IMG/VR virus record: IMGVR_UViG_3300032307_000652 | Location: 30,877-94,876 of that record | DNA length: 64,000 bases | Strand: one strand, 5' to 3' | DNA from: a virus | Shown here: positions 49,642-59,434 of the stretch, one piece after another | Layout of the letters: every line of letters begins with the position of its first letter | Position numbering within the stretch: the stretch's first letter is position 1 | The notes under the pieces: generated by a model | Told to the model about the DNA's origin: nothing | The model's database searches: none | What the model saw: only the letters and a program-made list of their open reading frames with translations | Program-made: the position numbers and the translations under genes

Positions 49642-51803
49642 TGAGTTACAGTATTACACTTACAGGAGATTGTTCTAACAATAGTAATGGTGCGGTTACA
49701 ATCCAATTTTATACCACCCCACCAACTATTATTAGTTGGACTGACAATAAATTACCTACTCAGACATTTACAGGTGATAGTATCACATATGGTGGGTTAA
49801 GTGCTGACACATATTCTTTTTCGTTCACATCGTCAACGGTTCCGGTAAATAGAATTTATGGGCCGGTAAGTTTTACAGTTTTGTCATCGACAACTGCCAA
49901 TATTACTACAGGGTATCAGTCAAGTTGTTCTTCAAACAACGGTTATTTAACTGTTGATGTTAATTTAGATATTTTTGATACTGAATTATATCCGATACCC
50001 GTTAATATTGATTTGTATAAAGATTATGTATTTTACGAAACAATAAGTGGTAGTAGTAGTCAAACGTCTTTTTTCAATTTAGGGGAAGGGATGTATTACG
50101 CTAATGTTTCAGGAAATGGTTTTTGTGATTGTGAGACTGAATCAGTTGTTATACACCCAAATACGGAGTCTTTAGATTTTGATTTTTATGTTGTTAATAA
50201 CCCTGCTTGTTCAGGTGTTGACGGTAAGATATACGTTACAGGTATAACTGGTACACCTCCATATACATACATTTGGTCACAGAATGTTGGATATACTGGT
50301 GCTACCACATTAGTTACAGGTGTAACACAAGGAACTTATACTTTAACTATTATAGATGGTGCGGGATGTGAATTATCAAAAACTGCGGCAGTTGGTTCGG
50401 CACCATTTATTGGATTAATTAGTTATGAAGTTACACAACCGACATGTTTTACATCTGATGGGGTTTTGGATATTTATTTGTCAGGTGGAACAGGACCTTA
50501 TTTTTATTTATTAAGTAATGGTGATTCTGTTACCTCGTATAGTTCTTCAGTTTCTTTTTCAGGGTTAAGTGCTGGTTTATATAGTTTAAGTGTTACTGAT
50601 GTTGCTCTTTGTACTTTTACATCATTCTTTACATTATCAACACCTAAAGTTTTTACATTTATATCTGCGGATGTTGTTAATTCACAATGTCAATATAACG
50701 GTGGTTCAATTGATGTCACTCTTTTAGGTGGAACTCCACCATATTATTATACTTTAGATAATAATAGTGGAACAACTAATAATGTTTCAAGTTTAATTAC
50801 AACAAATACTTTTTCAGATTTATCATCAGGAACTTATACTCTTACAATATCTGACTCAAGTAGTGCGTGTACTTACTCACAAAATTATACAGTTCTTAAT
50901 GAAACTTCGTTTAATTTTTCATTAAGTGCCCGAAGTAATTATTGTACTTATAACAGTGGGGCAATTCAAGTTGATATAACACCAAATACTACTGCTGATA
51001 CATTCTATACTTATTCTATTTCAAGCGGATTTAGTTCCGCTCCGACAACAGCAACAACATACGTATTTAACAATTTACCACCTGACACATATGATATAAC
51101 AATTTCAGATTCTACAGGATGTACTCAAAATGGTTCAGTGGTAGTTGATTATTTTGCTCCTTATAATTTGGTTCTTTATGGAACTGATTGTGGGACAGGT
51201 AGTGGGGGAACAATAAGTGCGATGATTAATGAAACGGATGGTCCATTTGATTTGACATGGAGTGATAATGTTAATGGTCAGACAGGGGTTTATATTACAG
51301 GTTTAACTGCTGGAACTTATTCTTTGGCGGTTAGTGGAGTGAATAATTGTGAGACAACAAAATACTTTACAATTAGTTGTAATCCTCTGAGAACGGCTAG
51401 TTCAACTTATTCCTATTCAATGGGAACTAAGTCTTATATACCATCTTCATTCTTAAATTTCTCAAATATGTTATCAAAAGGATATTTGAGTTTAACTAAC
51501 GGACACACTGCTTGTAAATTAAATTATGCTAGATTCTTCTGCGATGTTGAATTAAATAATATAACTTATTCTGGTTCATTTTATACCTCTAAAACACTTA
51601 CAAGTGTTCCTACATTAAGTGCGTTTACAAATGGTATAGGTTATTTATTTGATACAATTCCTGATTTAAAATCATATGAGATTAACCTTGATACTAACAC
51701 AATAAATGTTGAATCAGATGTTGTTGGTGGTGTTGAAGTTTATAAGGATGAAGTATTAACAATTACTGTAAGAATAGTTTATAAAATTTCATGTCTAACA
51801 TAA
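49641..51803 (+). CDS. SprB-repeat-like Ig-domain adhesin/fibre protein
   Basis: Repeated P.C....G.I....GGTPPYxY...GL.AG.Y.LTVTD..GC units; start moved to ATG 49641 (TAATG overlap). Confidence 0.7.
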   Translation: MSYSITLTGDCSNNSNGAVTIQFYTTPPTIISWTDNKLPTQTFTGDSITYGGLSADTYSFSFTSSTVPVNRIYGPVSFTVLSSTTANITTGYQSSCSSNNGYLTVDVNLDIFDTELYPIPVNIDLYKDYVFYETISGSSSQTSFFNLGEGMYYANVSGNGFCDCETESVVIHPNTESLDFDFYVVNNPACSGVDGKIYVTGITGTPPYTYIWSQNVGYTGATTLVTGVTQGTYTLTIIDGAGCELSKTAAVGSAPFIGLISYEVTQPTCFTSDGVLDIYLSGGTGPYFYLLSNGDSVTSYSSSVSFSGLSAGLYSLSVTDVALCTFTSFFTLSTPKVFTFISADVVNSQCQYNGGSIDVTLLGGTPPYYYTLDNNSGTTNNVSSLITTNTFSDLSSGTYTLTISDSSSACTYSQNYTVLNETSFNFSLSARSNYCTYNSGAIQVDITPNTTADTFYTYSISSGFSSAPTTATTYVFNNLPPDTYDITISDSTGCTQNGSVVVDYFAPYNLVLYGTDCGTGSGGTISAMINETDGPFDLTWSDNVNGQTGVYITGLTAGTYSLAVSGVNNCETTKYFTISCNPLRTASSTYSYSMGTKSYIPSSFLNFSNMLSKGYLSLTNGHTACKLNYARFFCDVELNNITYSGSFYTSKTLTSVPTLSAFTNGIGYLFDTIPDLKSYEINLDTNTINVESDVVGGVEVYKDEVLTITVRIVYKISCLT

Positions 51804-51827
51804 TCTAACAAAAACTATTTATGTTAG

Positions 51828-52832
51828 ATGAGTTTAGTAACAATTAACAATTTATCGGGTATTCCTCCTTACCAAGTTTCTGTCTGTGATATCTTTCAGT
51901 TCTCTTGTGTTACGGTAACAACAATTCACGATTATATTCCTCCAGCATATTCTTTTTATTTACCAAGTGGTTTTAATAAAGCTCCAAAAGTATTAATTAA
52001 GATTGTCGATTCTACGGGATGTATTTTTACAAGTGAGTATGAATGTTTAACACCAACTCCAACACCAAGTATTACACCAAGTATTACTCCTACAACATCT
52101 TTAACTCCTTCAATAACCCCAACACCAAGTATTACACCATCGTTTACACCAACCCCAAGTATTACGCCATCTATAACCCCGACCCCAAGTATTACTCCGT
52201 CAATTACCCCTACTAATACAGTTACACCAACACCGACAGTTACTCCAACCCTTACACAAACTCCCGAAGTTGGAAGATATGCTTATTTATTTATTGAACC
52301 TTATTCTGGTTCATCATCTATTGGAAGTTATATGAATTCTATGGGTTCATCATTCTATGGATTTACAAATGCTACAAGACCAAGTACTTCAGCATCTACG
52401 TTCCAAACAGATATGCAAAACTATGTTAATTTCTCAGGATGGTCTACAGGTTTATTCCCACAAGTAATAAGACAAACGATACCTCAAACAACGGGAGGAC
52501 TTGATAGTTATGGTAATCCAAGAATTGCATATAATTTCTTAACAACACTTGTTCCTGAAAATTATACTCAAAGTAAGGCTTGGTACACTTGGATAATACC
52601 GACTAATTTAACAAATAACCAATATCAAATTGAGATTGATTTAGGAATTGTTAATCCAAATGTCTTTACAAGTGTAAAGATGGAACCAACAATTTATGCT
52701 AATACATTTATTTATACAGGTAGTACTATTGCAAGAACCACCTATAGGGTTTACACAACATACCCATCAAATACATTTGAATTGGATAACACTTATGACC
52801 TTTATTTTAGAGGAAGTAAGGTTGATATATAA
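51828..52832 (+). CDS. Virion-region protein with a mucin-like Thr-Pro-Ser linker
   Basis: About 70 aa of ([12 protein letters not shown])n; TATTTATG motif at 51816-51823. Confidence 0.65.
   Translation: MSLVTINNLSGIPPYQVSVCDIFQFSCVTVTTIHDYIPPAYSFYLPSGFNKAPKVLIKIVDSTGCIFTSEYECLTPTPTPSITPSITPTTSLTPSITPTPSITPSFTPTPSITPSITPTPSITPSITPTNTVTPTPTVTPTLTQTPEVGRYAYLFIEPYSGSSSIGSYMNSMGSSFYGFTNATRPSTSASTFQTDMQNYVNFSGWSTGLFPQVIRQTIPQTTGGLDSYGNPRIAYNFLTTLVPENYTQSKAWYTWIIPTNLTNNQYQIEIDLGIVNPNVFTSVKMEPTIYANTFIYTGSTIARTTYRVYTTYPSNTFELDNTYDLYFRGSKVDI
52050..52265 (+). repeat. Degenerate coding repeat ([12 protein letters not shown])n
   Basis: Repeated ccaagtattac units. Confidence 0.85.
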
Positions 52833-52841
52833 TTATAGTAA

Positions 52842-53993
52842 ATGAGTTTCCCATATAAAAATCCGATATCGTCTATCCAATTAAATGGAACACAAACTGT
52901 ACCAAGAAACAATACGTATGGTACTACTTTCAGTGTTAACAATACGGGTGGTTATATGGAGGTTTTCAGTTTATCTGACCTTTATTATACAATACCATCA
53001 GGTACAACTGGAAGTATTGAATATTCGGGTAATACCATTCCTATTGAGTTTACAAAAGGAACGGGAGCCGCTTGGTCTCCTGATGTAATTACTTTGGCTT
53101 CTGATAATATTTCATCAGGTAGAAGACGACTTGGTATGTTAGCTTATGTTTATGAGGTTGACCAAGTTTATCAATATCATATTAATGATTACGAGACGTT
53201 ATTTAATGCTGCGACTGCTAGTACGGGATGTGCTCAGGTATCTGATTTTGGAACAACGATAAATAATAAAACTGCTGCGGGTCAGTCGTTTATTAATTCT
53301 TGGACTGCTAACACTATTGAAGATGTTAGTGGGGCGACATATAGTACTGCGGTATGGAGAAAGTTTACAACAGGAACTGGAGGAGGTTCAGGATTTACGT
53401 CAGTTAGAATAAATAATATCAGTCAATTTACATCATCACCATATAGCTATATTAATTTTAGTGGTGTTAATGTTAATATATCATCAGTTGGAAATAATAC
53501 GATTGTATTATCAGCAAATACTGGTGGTGGTTCTTTTAGTGGTGGATTAGAGTATTTTGTGTCCGCATCAACACCTACAGGAACAATTGTAAGTGGAGAT
53601 AGGTGGTTCAATACAAACACAGGTGTTGAATTAGTATGGATTGATGATGGTGATTCACAGCAATGGATTCAACCATTCTCAGTACCAGGGCCTTTATCAC
53701 CTGATGTGGGATATTATACGACAACAGGAATTACAACAGGACAAACTTTAACTTGGGATAAAACATATTGGGGCATAAGTGGTAATAGTAATGTTGATTT
53801 GGTATTACCGTCAGTGGTTGGTAAAGAGGGTTACTATTTAATAATAAAAGATGAAGAGGGGATTTGTGGTACTTATAGAATAAGAATAACACCTTCATCA
53901 GGAACAATTGATAATAATAATTACGTTGATATGAACATAAACTATATGTCCTTAACTTGTATTGTTAGGGACGGAAATTGGTATTTAATATGA
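52842..53993 (+). CDS. Tail fibre-like protein
   Basis: RRRLGMLAYV, GDRWFNTNTG...QQW; C-terminal LVLP...LIIKDE.G....I.P..GTID...WYLI fibre-type module. Confidence 0.6.
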   Translation: MSFPYKNPISSIQLNGTQTVPRNNTYGTTFSVNNTGGYMEVFSLSDLYYTIPSGTTGSIEYSGNTIPIEFTKGTGAAWSPDVITLASDNISSGRRRLGMLAYVYEVDQVYQYHINDYETLFNAATASTGCAQVSDFGTTINNKTAAGQSFINSWTANTIEDVSGATYSTAVWRKFTTGTGGGSGFTSVRINNISQFTSSPYSYINFSGVNVNISSVGNNTIVLSANTGGGSFSGGLEYFVSASTPTGTIVSGDRWFNTNTGVELVWIDDGDSQQWIQPFSVPGPLSPDVGYYTTTGITTGQTLTWDKTYWGISGNSNVDLVLPSVVGKEGYYLIIKDEEGICGTYRIRITPSSGTIDNNNYVDMNINYMSLTCIVRDGNWYLI

Positions 53994-55216
53994 GTTTTAT
54001 ATATAATAATGCGGTAAAATATTCTGATAGTCCAAATATTGATGCGTTTGGTAGATTGAGAGTTGCGGCAGTAACTAATCTATTGGATATTAAACATGTT
54101 TACGACAAAAATCCATTACAAGTTAATGAAGTAACCGCAGGAACTGCAACATCTATTTTTAGTCAGGAATATGCCAGAGTTAGAATGTCAACTTCAGCAA
54201 ATAATGATTTGGTAATTAGGCAATCAAAAACACACCCAATATATCAACCTGGTAAGAGTCAGTTATTTGAGGGAAGCTTTTCAAATTTTCAATTGGAGAC
54301 AAATGTAATAAAAAGAGTGGGATGTTTTACTACAACAACCGCATCAACTTATAATTCAGTTTTTGACGGGTTCTTCTTGGAGAGCAACGGGGTATCAAAT
54401 ACAATAAGTTTCCAACTATGGAGGTCAGGCACAACAATATTTAGCGCATCAACCACAACTTGGGAAACAAATGAGTTTAACCCTTCAAATTTTAATTGGT
54501 CTAACTCTCAATTAATGTTAGTTGATTATCAATGGTTAGGAGTTGGAAGAATGAGATTTGGATTTAATTTATCAGGACAAACAATTTATTTTACCGAACA
54601 TAATTGCTCAAATAATGATAGTTCGGTTTATATGTCATCACCAAACCAGCCTATAAGATATGAGATAAGACAAGTTGGAGCAGGTTCGGGTAGTTTTGAT
54701 ATGATATGTAGTCAGGTTTCTACTGAAGGTGCTTTAAATGGTTTATATAGTACTGTTGGTATTGCCCATTCCTCACAAATTACTCTTAATACTCCTGCAA
54801 CACCTAACGGAACAAAGTACCCATACATTGGGTTTAGATTAAGACCAGGATATGGTTCCGTAGTTTCCGAATTGGTAAGTTCAAATATTGTTGGTGTAAC
54901 TAACGATATATTTTTAATTACCGTTGAGTTTAACCCGACTCTATCCTCAACTCCAACATGGTCAGGTACGACAAATTCTCCGTTTGAATATTCTTTACAG
55001 GACGGAACATTAACAGTATCTAATTCAGGTTATATATTAAATTCAATCATCGCCGATTTAAGTACGTCAACAGCAATTGATTTCGGTACAAGTGATAATC
55101 AAATAAGAGTTGGTACAAATGTAAATGGGACAAGAGATGAAATGTGGATTTGTATAACACCATTAACCGCAGACCCTAAATTAAGGGGAGCAATTAATTT
55201 ATTATATTATTTATAA
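53990..55216 (+). CDS. Beta-sandwich (lectin-like) virion protein
   Basis: DAFGRLRV, YQPGKS, DYQWLGVGRMRFG; ATGA overlap supports start 53990. Confidence 0.55.
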   Translation: MSFIYNNAVKYSDSPNIDAFGRLRVAAVTNLLDIKHVYDKNPLQVNEVTAGTATSIFSQEYARVRMSTSANNDLVIRQSKTHPIYQPGKSQLFEGSFSNFQLETNVIKRVGCFTTTTASTYNSVFDGFFLESNGVSNTISFQLWRSGTTIFSASTTTWETNEFNPSNFNWSNSQLMLVDYQWLGVGRMRFGFNLSGQTIYFTEHNCSNNDSSVYMSSPNQPIRYEIRQVGAGSGSFDMICSQVSTEGALNGLYSTVGIAHSSQITLNTPATPNGTKYPYIGFRLRPGYGSVVSELVSSNIVGVTNDIFLITVEFNPTLSSTPTWSGTTNSPFEYSLQDGTLTVSNSGYILNSIIADLSTSTAIDFGTSDNQIRVGTNVNGTRDEMWICITPLTADPKLRGAINLLYYL

Positions 55217-56775
55217 TGCCAATTAATTTTCCAAATAGTCCATCACCAAATCAACTTTACACCTATGACACTAAAACATGGGAGTGGAATGGTATATATT
55301 GGGAAGTATATTCTGCTCTAACAAGTTACATAACAAGTGCTTACACTGTTGGTGATGGTGTTTCGGACATATCAGGTGTTACAGGAGGAAATATTGCGTT
55401 AAAAAGTTTCAGTGGTGTTAATATAACAATTATTGATACTGGTAGTAAACTTATTTTTAGTGGATATTCAATTACATCAGGTAGTTCAGGAACATCGGGT
55501 TCAAGCGGGTCATCAGGTTTAAGTGGAAGTAGTGGAACATCTGGTTCATCAGGTAGTTCAGGCTCTAGTGGAAGCTCAGGTTCTTCAGGTATATCAGGTA
55601 GTACAGGTTCGAGAGGAACTTCCGGAACTAGCGGAACGTCAGGTTCAAGTGGTTCTAGTGGTACATCGGGTAGTGGAGGGTCTTCAGGAAGTTCAGGTAC
55701 ATCAGGTAGTAGTGGTTCATCAGGAACAAGTGGTTTAGATGGGATAAGTGGGACATCTGGTTCATCAGGGTCAAGTGGTAGTACAGGTTCAAGAGGAACT
55801 AGCGGAACATCAGGTTCAAGTGGTTCTTCAGGAACTAGTGGAAGTTCAGGAACATCAGGTTCATCGGGTAGTTCAGGTTCTGCTGGAACATCGGGAACAG
55901 GATTTACTACAATTACAAGTCCGGGTAGTAATAGAGTATTAACATCTGATGGTACGGCAAACGCTGCGGTAGCTCAGGCTAGGATGACTTTTGATGGGAT
56001 TAAATTAGCGGTAACAGGTGATACGACTATTATTGGTTCCACGACTATTACTGGTAATATAAGTACTACAGGTGTAACCTCTCTTGGTAACGGAACATTT
56101 ACAAAGGCGGGGTCAGCTACTGGTGATGTTATCCTTGATAATAATAGTACAGATACTCCGGGTGTTTTGTTTTATTATGCTAATAATTCAAACTATGGTA
56201 TTGATAGTTTTAATGGGTCATTTGATGTTCTAAGTGGTCAGTTATTACGTTTCACAAATAAATTAAATGAGACTGGCGGAGCTGTAAAGATGGCTATAGA
56301 TACCACAGGTAATGTGGTATTTACCGGATTTATAAAGGCTAATGCGTGGAGAGCAGGTCAGGTAATTAACGATATTATTTTGAGTAATACTGAAGTGACT
56401 ATTAGTACAACAACTATAGCAACTAGTACTTCGGATACTGATTTCTTAACTTACAGTTATACACCATTAAGTTCTACAAGTTATTTAGTAATACATTATC
56501 ACTTAGCATCTTTTGATTTTACTTCTGGTACAGGTAATGATTCATACATATCTAGAATAAAGGTTGATGGTGGTGAAATAACCTATTCAGTACAAAGCAC
56601 GGTTAATGGATTTCGTACAGGTGTTTTATTTCCATTAACGGGTAGATACACTAACTCTAATACTACCGCAAAATCGATAGTAGTTGCATGTCGTAGAAGT
56701 TCTGCGGATGATAATATCACAATAGTAAATTCGGCTACTTCAATGTGGTTGAGAATAACAGAAGTAGCGAGATAA
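55216..56775 (+). CDS. Fibre protein with a Gly-Ser-Ser/Gly-Thr-Ser collagen-periodicity shaft
   Basis: INFPNSP...WEWNG..W N-terminus; about 46 Gly-X-Y triplets; C-terminal beta-sandwich ending ITEVAR. Confidence 0.7.
   Translation: MPINFPNSPSPNQLYTYDTKTWEWNGIYWEVYSALTSYITSAYTVGDGVSDISGVTGGNIALKSFSGVNITIIDTGSKLIFSGYSITSGSSGTSGSSGSSGLSGSSGTSGSSGSSGSSGSSGSSGISGSTGSRGTSGTSGTSGSSGSSGTSGSGGSSGSSGTSGSSGSSGTSGLDGISGTSGSSGSSGSTGSRGTSGTSGSSGSSGTSGSSGTSGSSGSSGSAGTSGTGFTTITSPGSNRVLTSDGTANAAVAQARMTFDGIKLAVTGDTTIIGSTTITGNISTTGVTSLGNGTFTKAGSATGDVILDNNSTDTPGVLFYYANNSNYGIDSFNGSFDVLSGQLLRFTNKLNETGGAVKMAIDTTGNVVFTGFIKANAWRAGQVINDIILSNTEVTISTTTIATSTSDTDFLTYSYTPLSSTSYLVIHYHLASFDFTSGTGNDSYISRIKVDGGEITYSVQSTVNGFRTGVLFPLTGRYTNSNTTAKSIVVACRRSSADDNITIVNSATSMWLRITEVAR
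55477..55902 (+). repeat. (GSS/GTS)n coding repeat, 9-nt period, codon-diversified
   Basis: Gly at every third residue over about 140 aa. Confidence 0.9.
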
Positions 56776-58436
56776 TGCCAATACCACCAAATAAAATAAA
56801 ATACTCAACGTCCTTTCATCCTAATACGATTAAAGTTAAGGATTGGGTTTTAGGTATTAATGAAGGCGCAGAATACGGGCCAACAAGTGTTACAGGATTT
56901 TGGAATTCTATTATACCACCATCAGGTGGTTATACCATGTATGGAAACAAAGCAGTTGCTGGACCGTCCATAGTTGTTGCTCAAAACGACTCAGAACTTA
57001 TTGGGTTTACTCAAGGATTTGCAGGTCAAACATTTAGTACGGCTAACGAAGCGTTAGGATGGTACACAGGACAAACAGGGCTTATTTGTGTTAACCTTGA
57101 TTATCCTGATATTGTAACTGACGGATTAACATTATTACTTGACGCTGGTTATGTTTCATCATACCCAAGAAGTGGTTCACGATGGGATGATTTAAGTTTT
57201 AGTGGTAATAACGGAACATTAATTAATACTCCGACATTTAGTTCAAGTAATAACGGATACCTTACATTTAACGGAAGTAATCAATATGTTAATGTTGCAG
57301 GTACTCCTGTCGGAATAACGGCATATACAAAAAACATTTGGTTTTACCTAAACTCAACTGCTGATAACAACTTATTAAGCAGTGATACGGGTGGACACTT
57401 TATGTATTTTGCTGGTACAAATAAATTATATTGTGGACATTCAAATTGGGGTAATTATGGTGTTTATCCCTCAACAACAAGTTTTAGTAATGGTGTTTGG
57501 TATAACGCATGTCTTACTTTTGACACAACAAATGGTTTCATTCTATATGTTAATGGTGTTCAGGATAGTACATACACCGCTCAAAAAACACCTGTAAGTG
57601 GTAATGGGTCTACAAGGATTGGTTCTTATGGTGTAGGTGGTAATTTATTGAATGGTAGAGTTTCAGTTGCAATGACGTACAATAGAGTATTAAGTTCTAC
57701 AGAGGTATTAAAAAACTTTAACTCGTTTTCATCAAGATTTATTTCACCATCACCAACACCGACAACAACAATTACTCCTACTAGAACACCAACTGTAACA
57801 CCAACTATCACACCAACAAACACTCAAACTCCGACAAATACTCAAACACCTACACCATCAATTACACCAACTAGAACTGTAACACCTACACCATCAATTA
57901 CACCAACAAATACAATTACTCCTACACCGTCAATTACACCAACTAGAACTGTAACACCTACCATATCAATAACCCCTACTAATACTCCAACACCAACAAC
58001 TACCCCAATACCTGTTACAGGTGTTACATTCTCACAAGCGTTTACAGGTGGTACTGCTCCATCGATAGCTATAGAAACTGCTTGGAACACATTCAGAAGC
58101 CGATTAACTGGTACCACATACACTCAATTTGTATGGTCAAGTACTAATGGTAATAGTTTAACTGTAAGTCATCCCACATTAGTACAATCATTAGCAACTT
58201 CGTTAAGAACTGCAACAGTAACAGGTATTACTATTAACAGTGTGGTATGGAGAGTTGGAACAGGATGTGGCACTCCTAAAATCGGTGGTGTTGCGGTAGA
58301 GTTTTCTAACATTGGAAGTTGTAGTGTATCAAGTACATACGCTTTAAGACCAATGATTAATAATGCTAACTGGGGTGGAACTAATGAATATACAGTTAAC
58401 GCGCCGTCACAAACAATAACTTTAACATTCTCATAA
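56775..58436 (+). CDS. LamG/concanavalin-like domain fibre protein with a Thr-Pro stalk
   Basis: [44 protein letters not shown]; about 90-aa TP repeat; start moved to 56775 (TAATG overlap). Confidence 0.75.
   Translation: MPIPPNKIKYSTSFHPNTIKVKDWVLGINEGAEYGPTSVTGFWNSIIPPSGGYTMYGNKAVAGPSIVVAQNDSELIGFTQGFAGQTFSTANEALGWYTGQTGLICVNLDYPDIVTDGLTLLLDAGYVSSYPRSGSRWDDLSFSGNNGTLINTPTFSSSNNGYLTFNGSNQYVNVAGTPVGITAYTKNIWFYLNSTADNNLLSSDTGGHFMYFAGTNKLYCGHSNWGNYGVYPSTTSFSNGVWYNACLTFDTTNGFILYVNGVQDSTYTAQKTPVSGNGSTRIGSYGVGGNLLNGRVSVAMTYNRVLSSTEVLKNFNSFSSRFISPSPTPTTTITPTRTPTVTPTITPTNTQTPTNTQTPTPSITPTRTVTPTPSITPTNTITPTPSITPTRTVTPTISITPTNTPTPTTTPIPVTGVTFSQAFTGGTAPSIAIETAWNTFRSRLTGTTYTQFVWSSTNGNSLTVSHPTLVQSLATSLRTATVTGITINSVVWRVGTGCGTPKIGGVAVEFSNIGSCSVSSTYALRPMINNANWGGTNEYTVNAPSQTITLTFS
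57744..58013 (+). repeat. Thr-Pro coding repeat, including three tandem 36-nt units (57849-57956)
   Basis: cctacaccatcaattacaccaactagaactgtaaca; units 1 and 3 differ at one base. Confidence 0.88.
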
Positions 58437-58438
58437 TT

Positions 58439-58573
58439 ATGTATTATATATTAGATTTAGAACAAACCCCACCTGAAAAACTATCAAACGTTGAATTTGA
58501 AAATAAGTTTGATGCTTGTGAATGGATTGAACAAAATGGGGGTATTGTAAAATATACTATAACAGAAATATAA
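58439..58573 (+). CDS. Small 44-aa protein, possible fibre chaperone
   Basis: Not in the ORF track. MYYILDLEQTPPEKLSNVEFENKFDACEWIEQNGGIVKYTITEI fills the gap between two fibre genes. Confidence 0.6.
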   Translation: MYYILDLEQTPPEKLSNVEFENKFDACEWIEQNGGIVKYTITEI

Positions 58574-58574
58574 A

Positions 58575-59381
58575 ATGGCAACATCAAGACCCTTCGCATA
58601 TAACACAGGTTCAACAATATCAGGGACAGAACAAGTCGGAAGTATTGCTATTGGCACACCAACAAGTGGGTTTACATCCACAGGTTTAAGATGGTGGAAT
58701 GGGCCTGATGAAGATTTGGGTTATGTAATTGCTCATACTGTTCCATCAGGAACACAACCAAATCCTGTTGGAGTTCCTGCTTATATTGGTTTTTGGAGAA
58801 CATCAGGTAAGACAGATAATAACTTTATTAGTTTGTCTCAGTACGTATCAAGTTTTACGGGAACACCACAAACATTCGCAAGTGCTTCAGCCGCTAAAAC
58901 ATGGTTAAACTCGGCGGGATATTGGACATCTTATGTTAGTTCATACACATATTATAGATGGCAAATAACCGCAACAAAAACAGCACCACCTGATGGTAAC
59001 TGTACGCAGGCTGCTGAGTTTGTATTCCAAGTAGGAGGTGTCGACCAAAGTATGACGGGTGTTACTGTTACAAATCCTGGTGGTACTAGTCCGGCAAGTG
59101 AAGAGCCGCCAAAATTAGTTGATGGTAATTTGGCTACAAAGGGTTTAGATTTATTGTATGTCTCAAACGGAAATGTTACTAATTTTATATTTCAGTTCTC
59201 AACTGCTAAAACATTTAATGGATATAGATGGGCTACCGCAAATGATGCTGAAAGTAGAGACCCTAAATCATGGACTATTGCGGGTAGTAATGACGGAACA
59301 ACATGGACTACATTACATACGGTTACTAACTTTACAGCTACTGTTGCTCGACAAACTTATCAAACCGCACAAACTTATTAA
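58575..59381 (+). CDS. Virion protein with an F5/8-type C (discoidin/CBM32-like) domain
   Basis: YRWATANDAESRDPKSWTIAGSNDGTTWTTL. Confidence 0.7.
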   Translation: MATSRPFAYNTGSTISGTEQVGSIAIGTPTSGFTSTGLRWWNGPDEDLGYVIAHTVPSGTQPNPVGVPAYIGFWRTSGKTDNNFISLSQYVSSFTGTPQTFASASAAKTWLNSAGYWTSYVSSYTYYRWQITATKTAPPDGNCTQAAEFVFQVGGVDQSMTGVTVTNPGGTSPASEEPPKLVDGNLATKGLDLLYVSNGNVTNFIFQFSTAKTFNGYRWATANDAESRDPKSWTIAGSNDGTTWTTLHTVTNFTATVARQTYQTAQTY

Positions 59382-59434
59382 TTTATTTCTTTAATTTTTA
59401 TTTAAAATTAATACTTTTTGTATAAAACGTTTAC

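Noticed and set aside
57849-57956. 36-nt repeats resembling a CRISPR array
   Set aside because: Units are directly tandem with no unique spacers and are in frame within a Thr-Pro coding region; no cas genes are present
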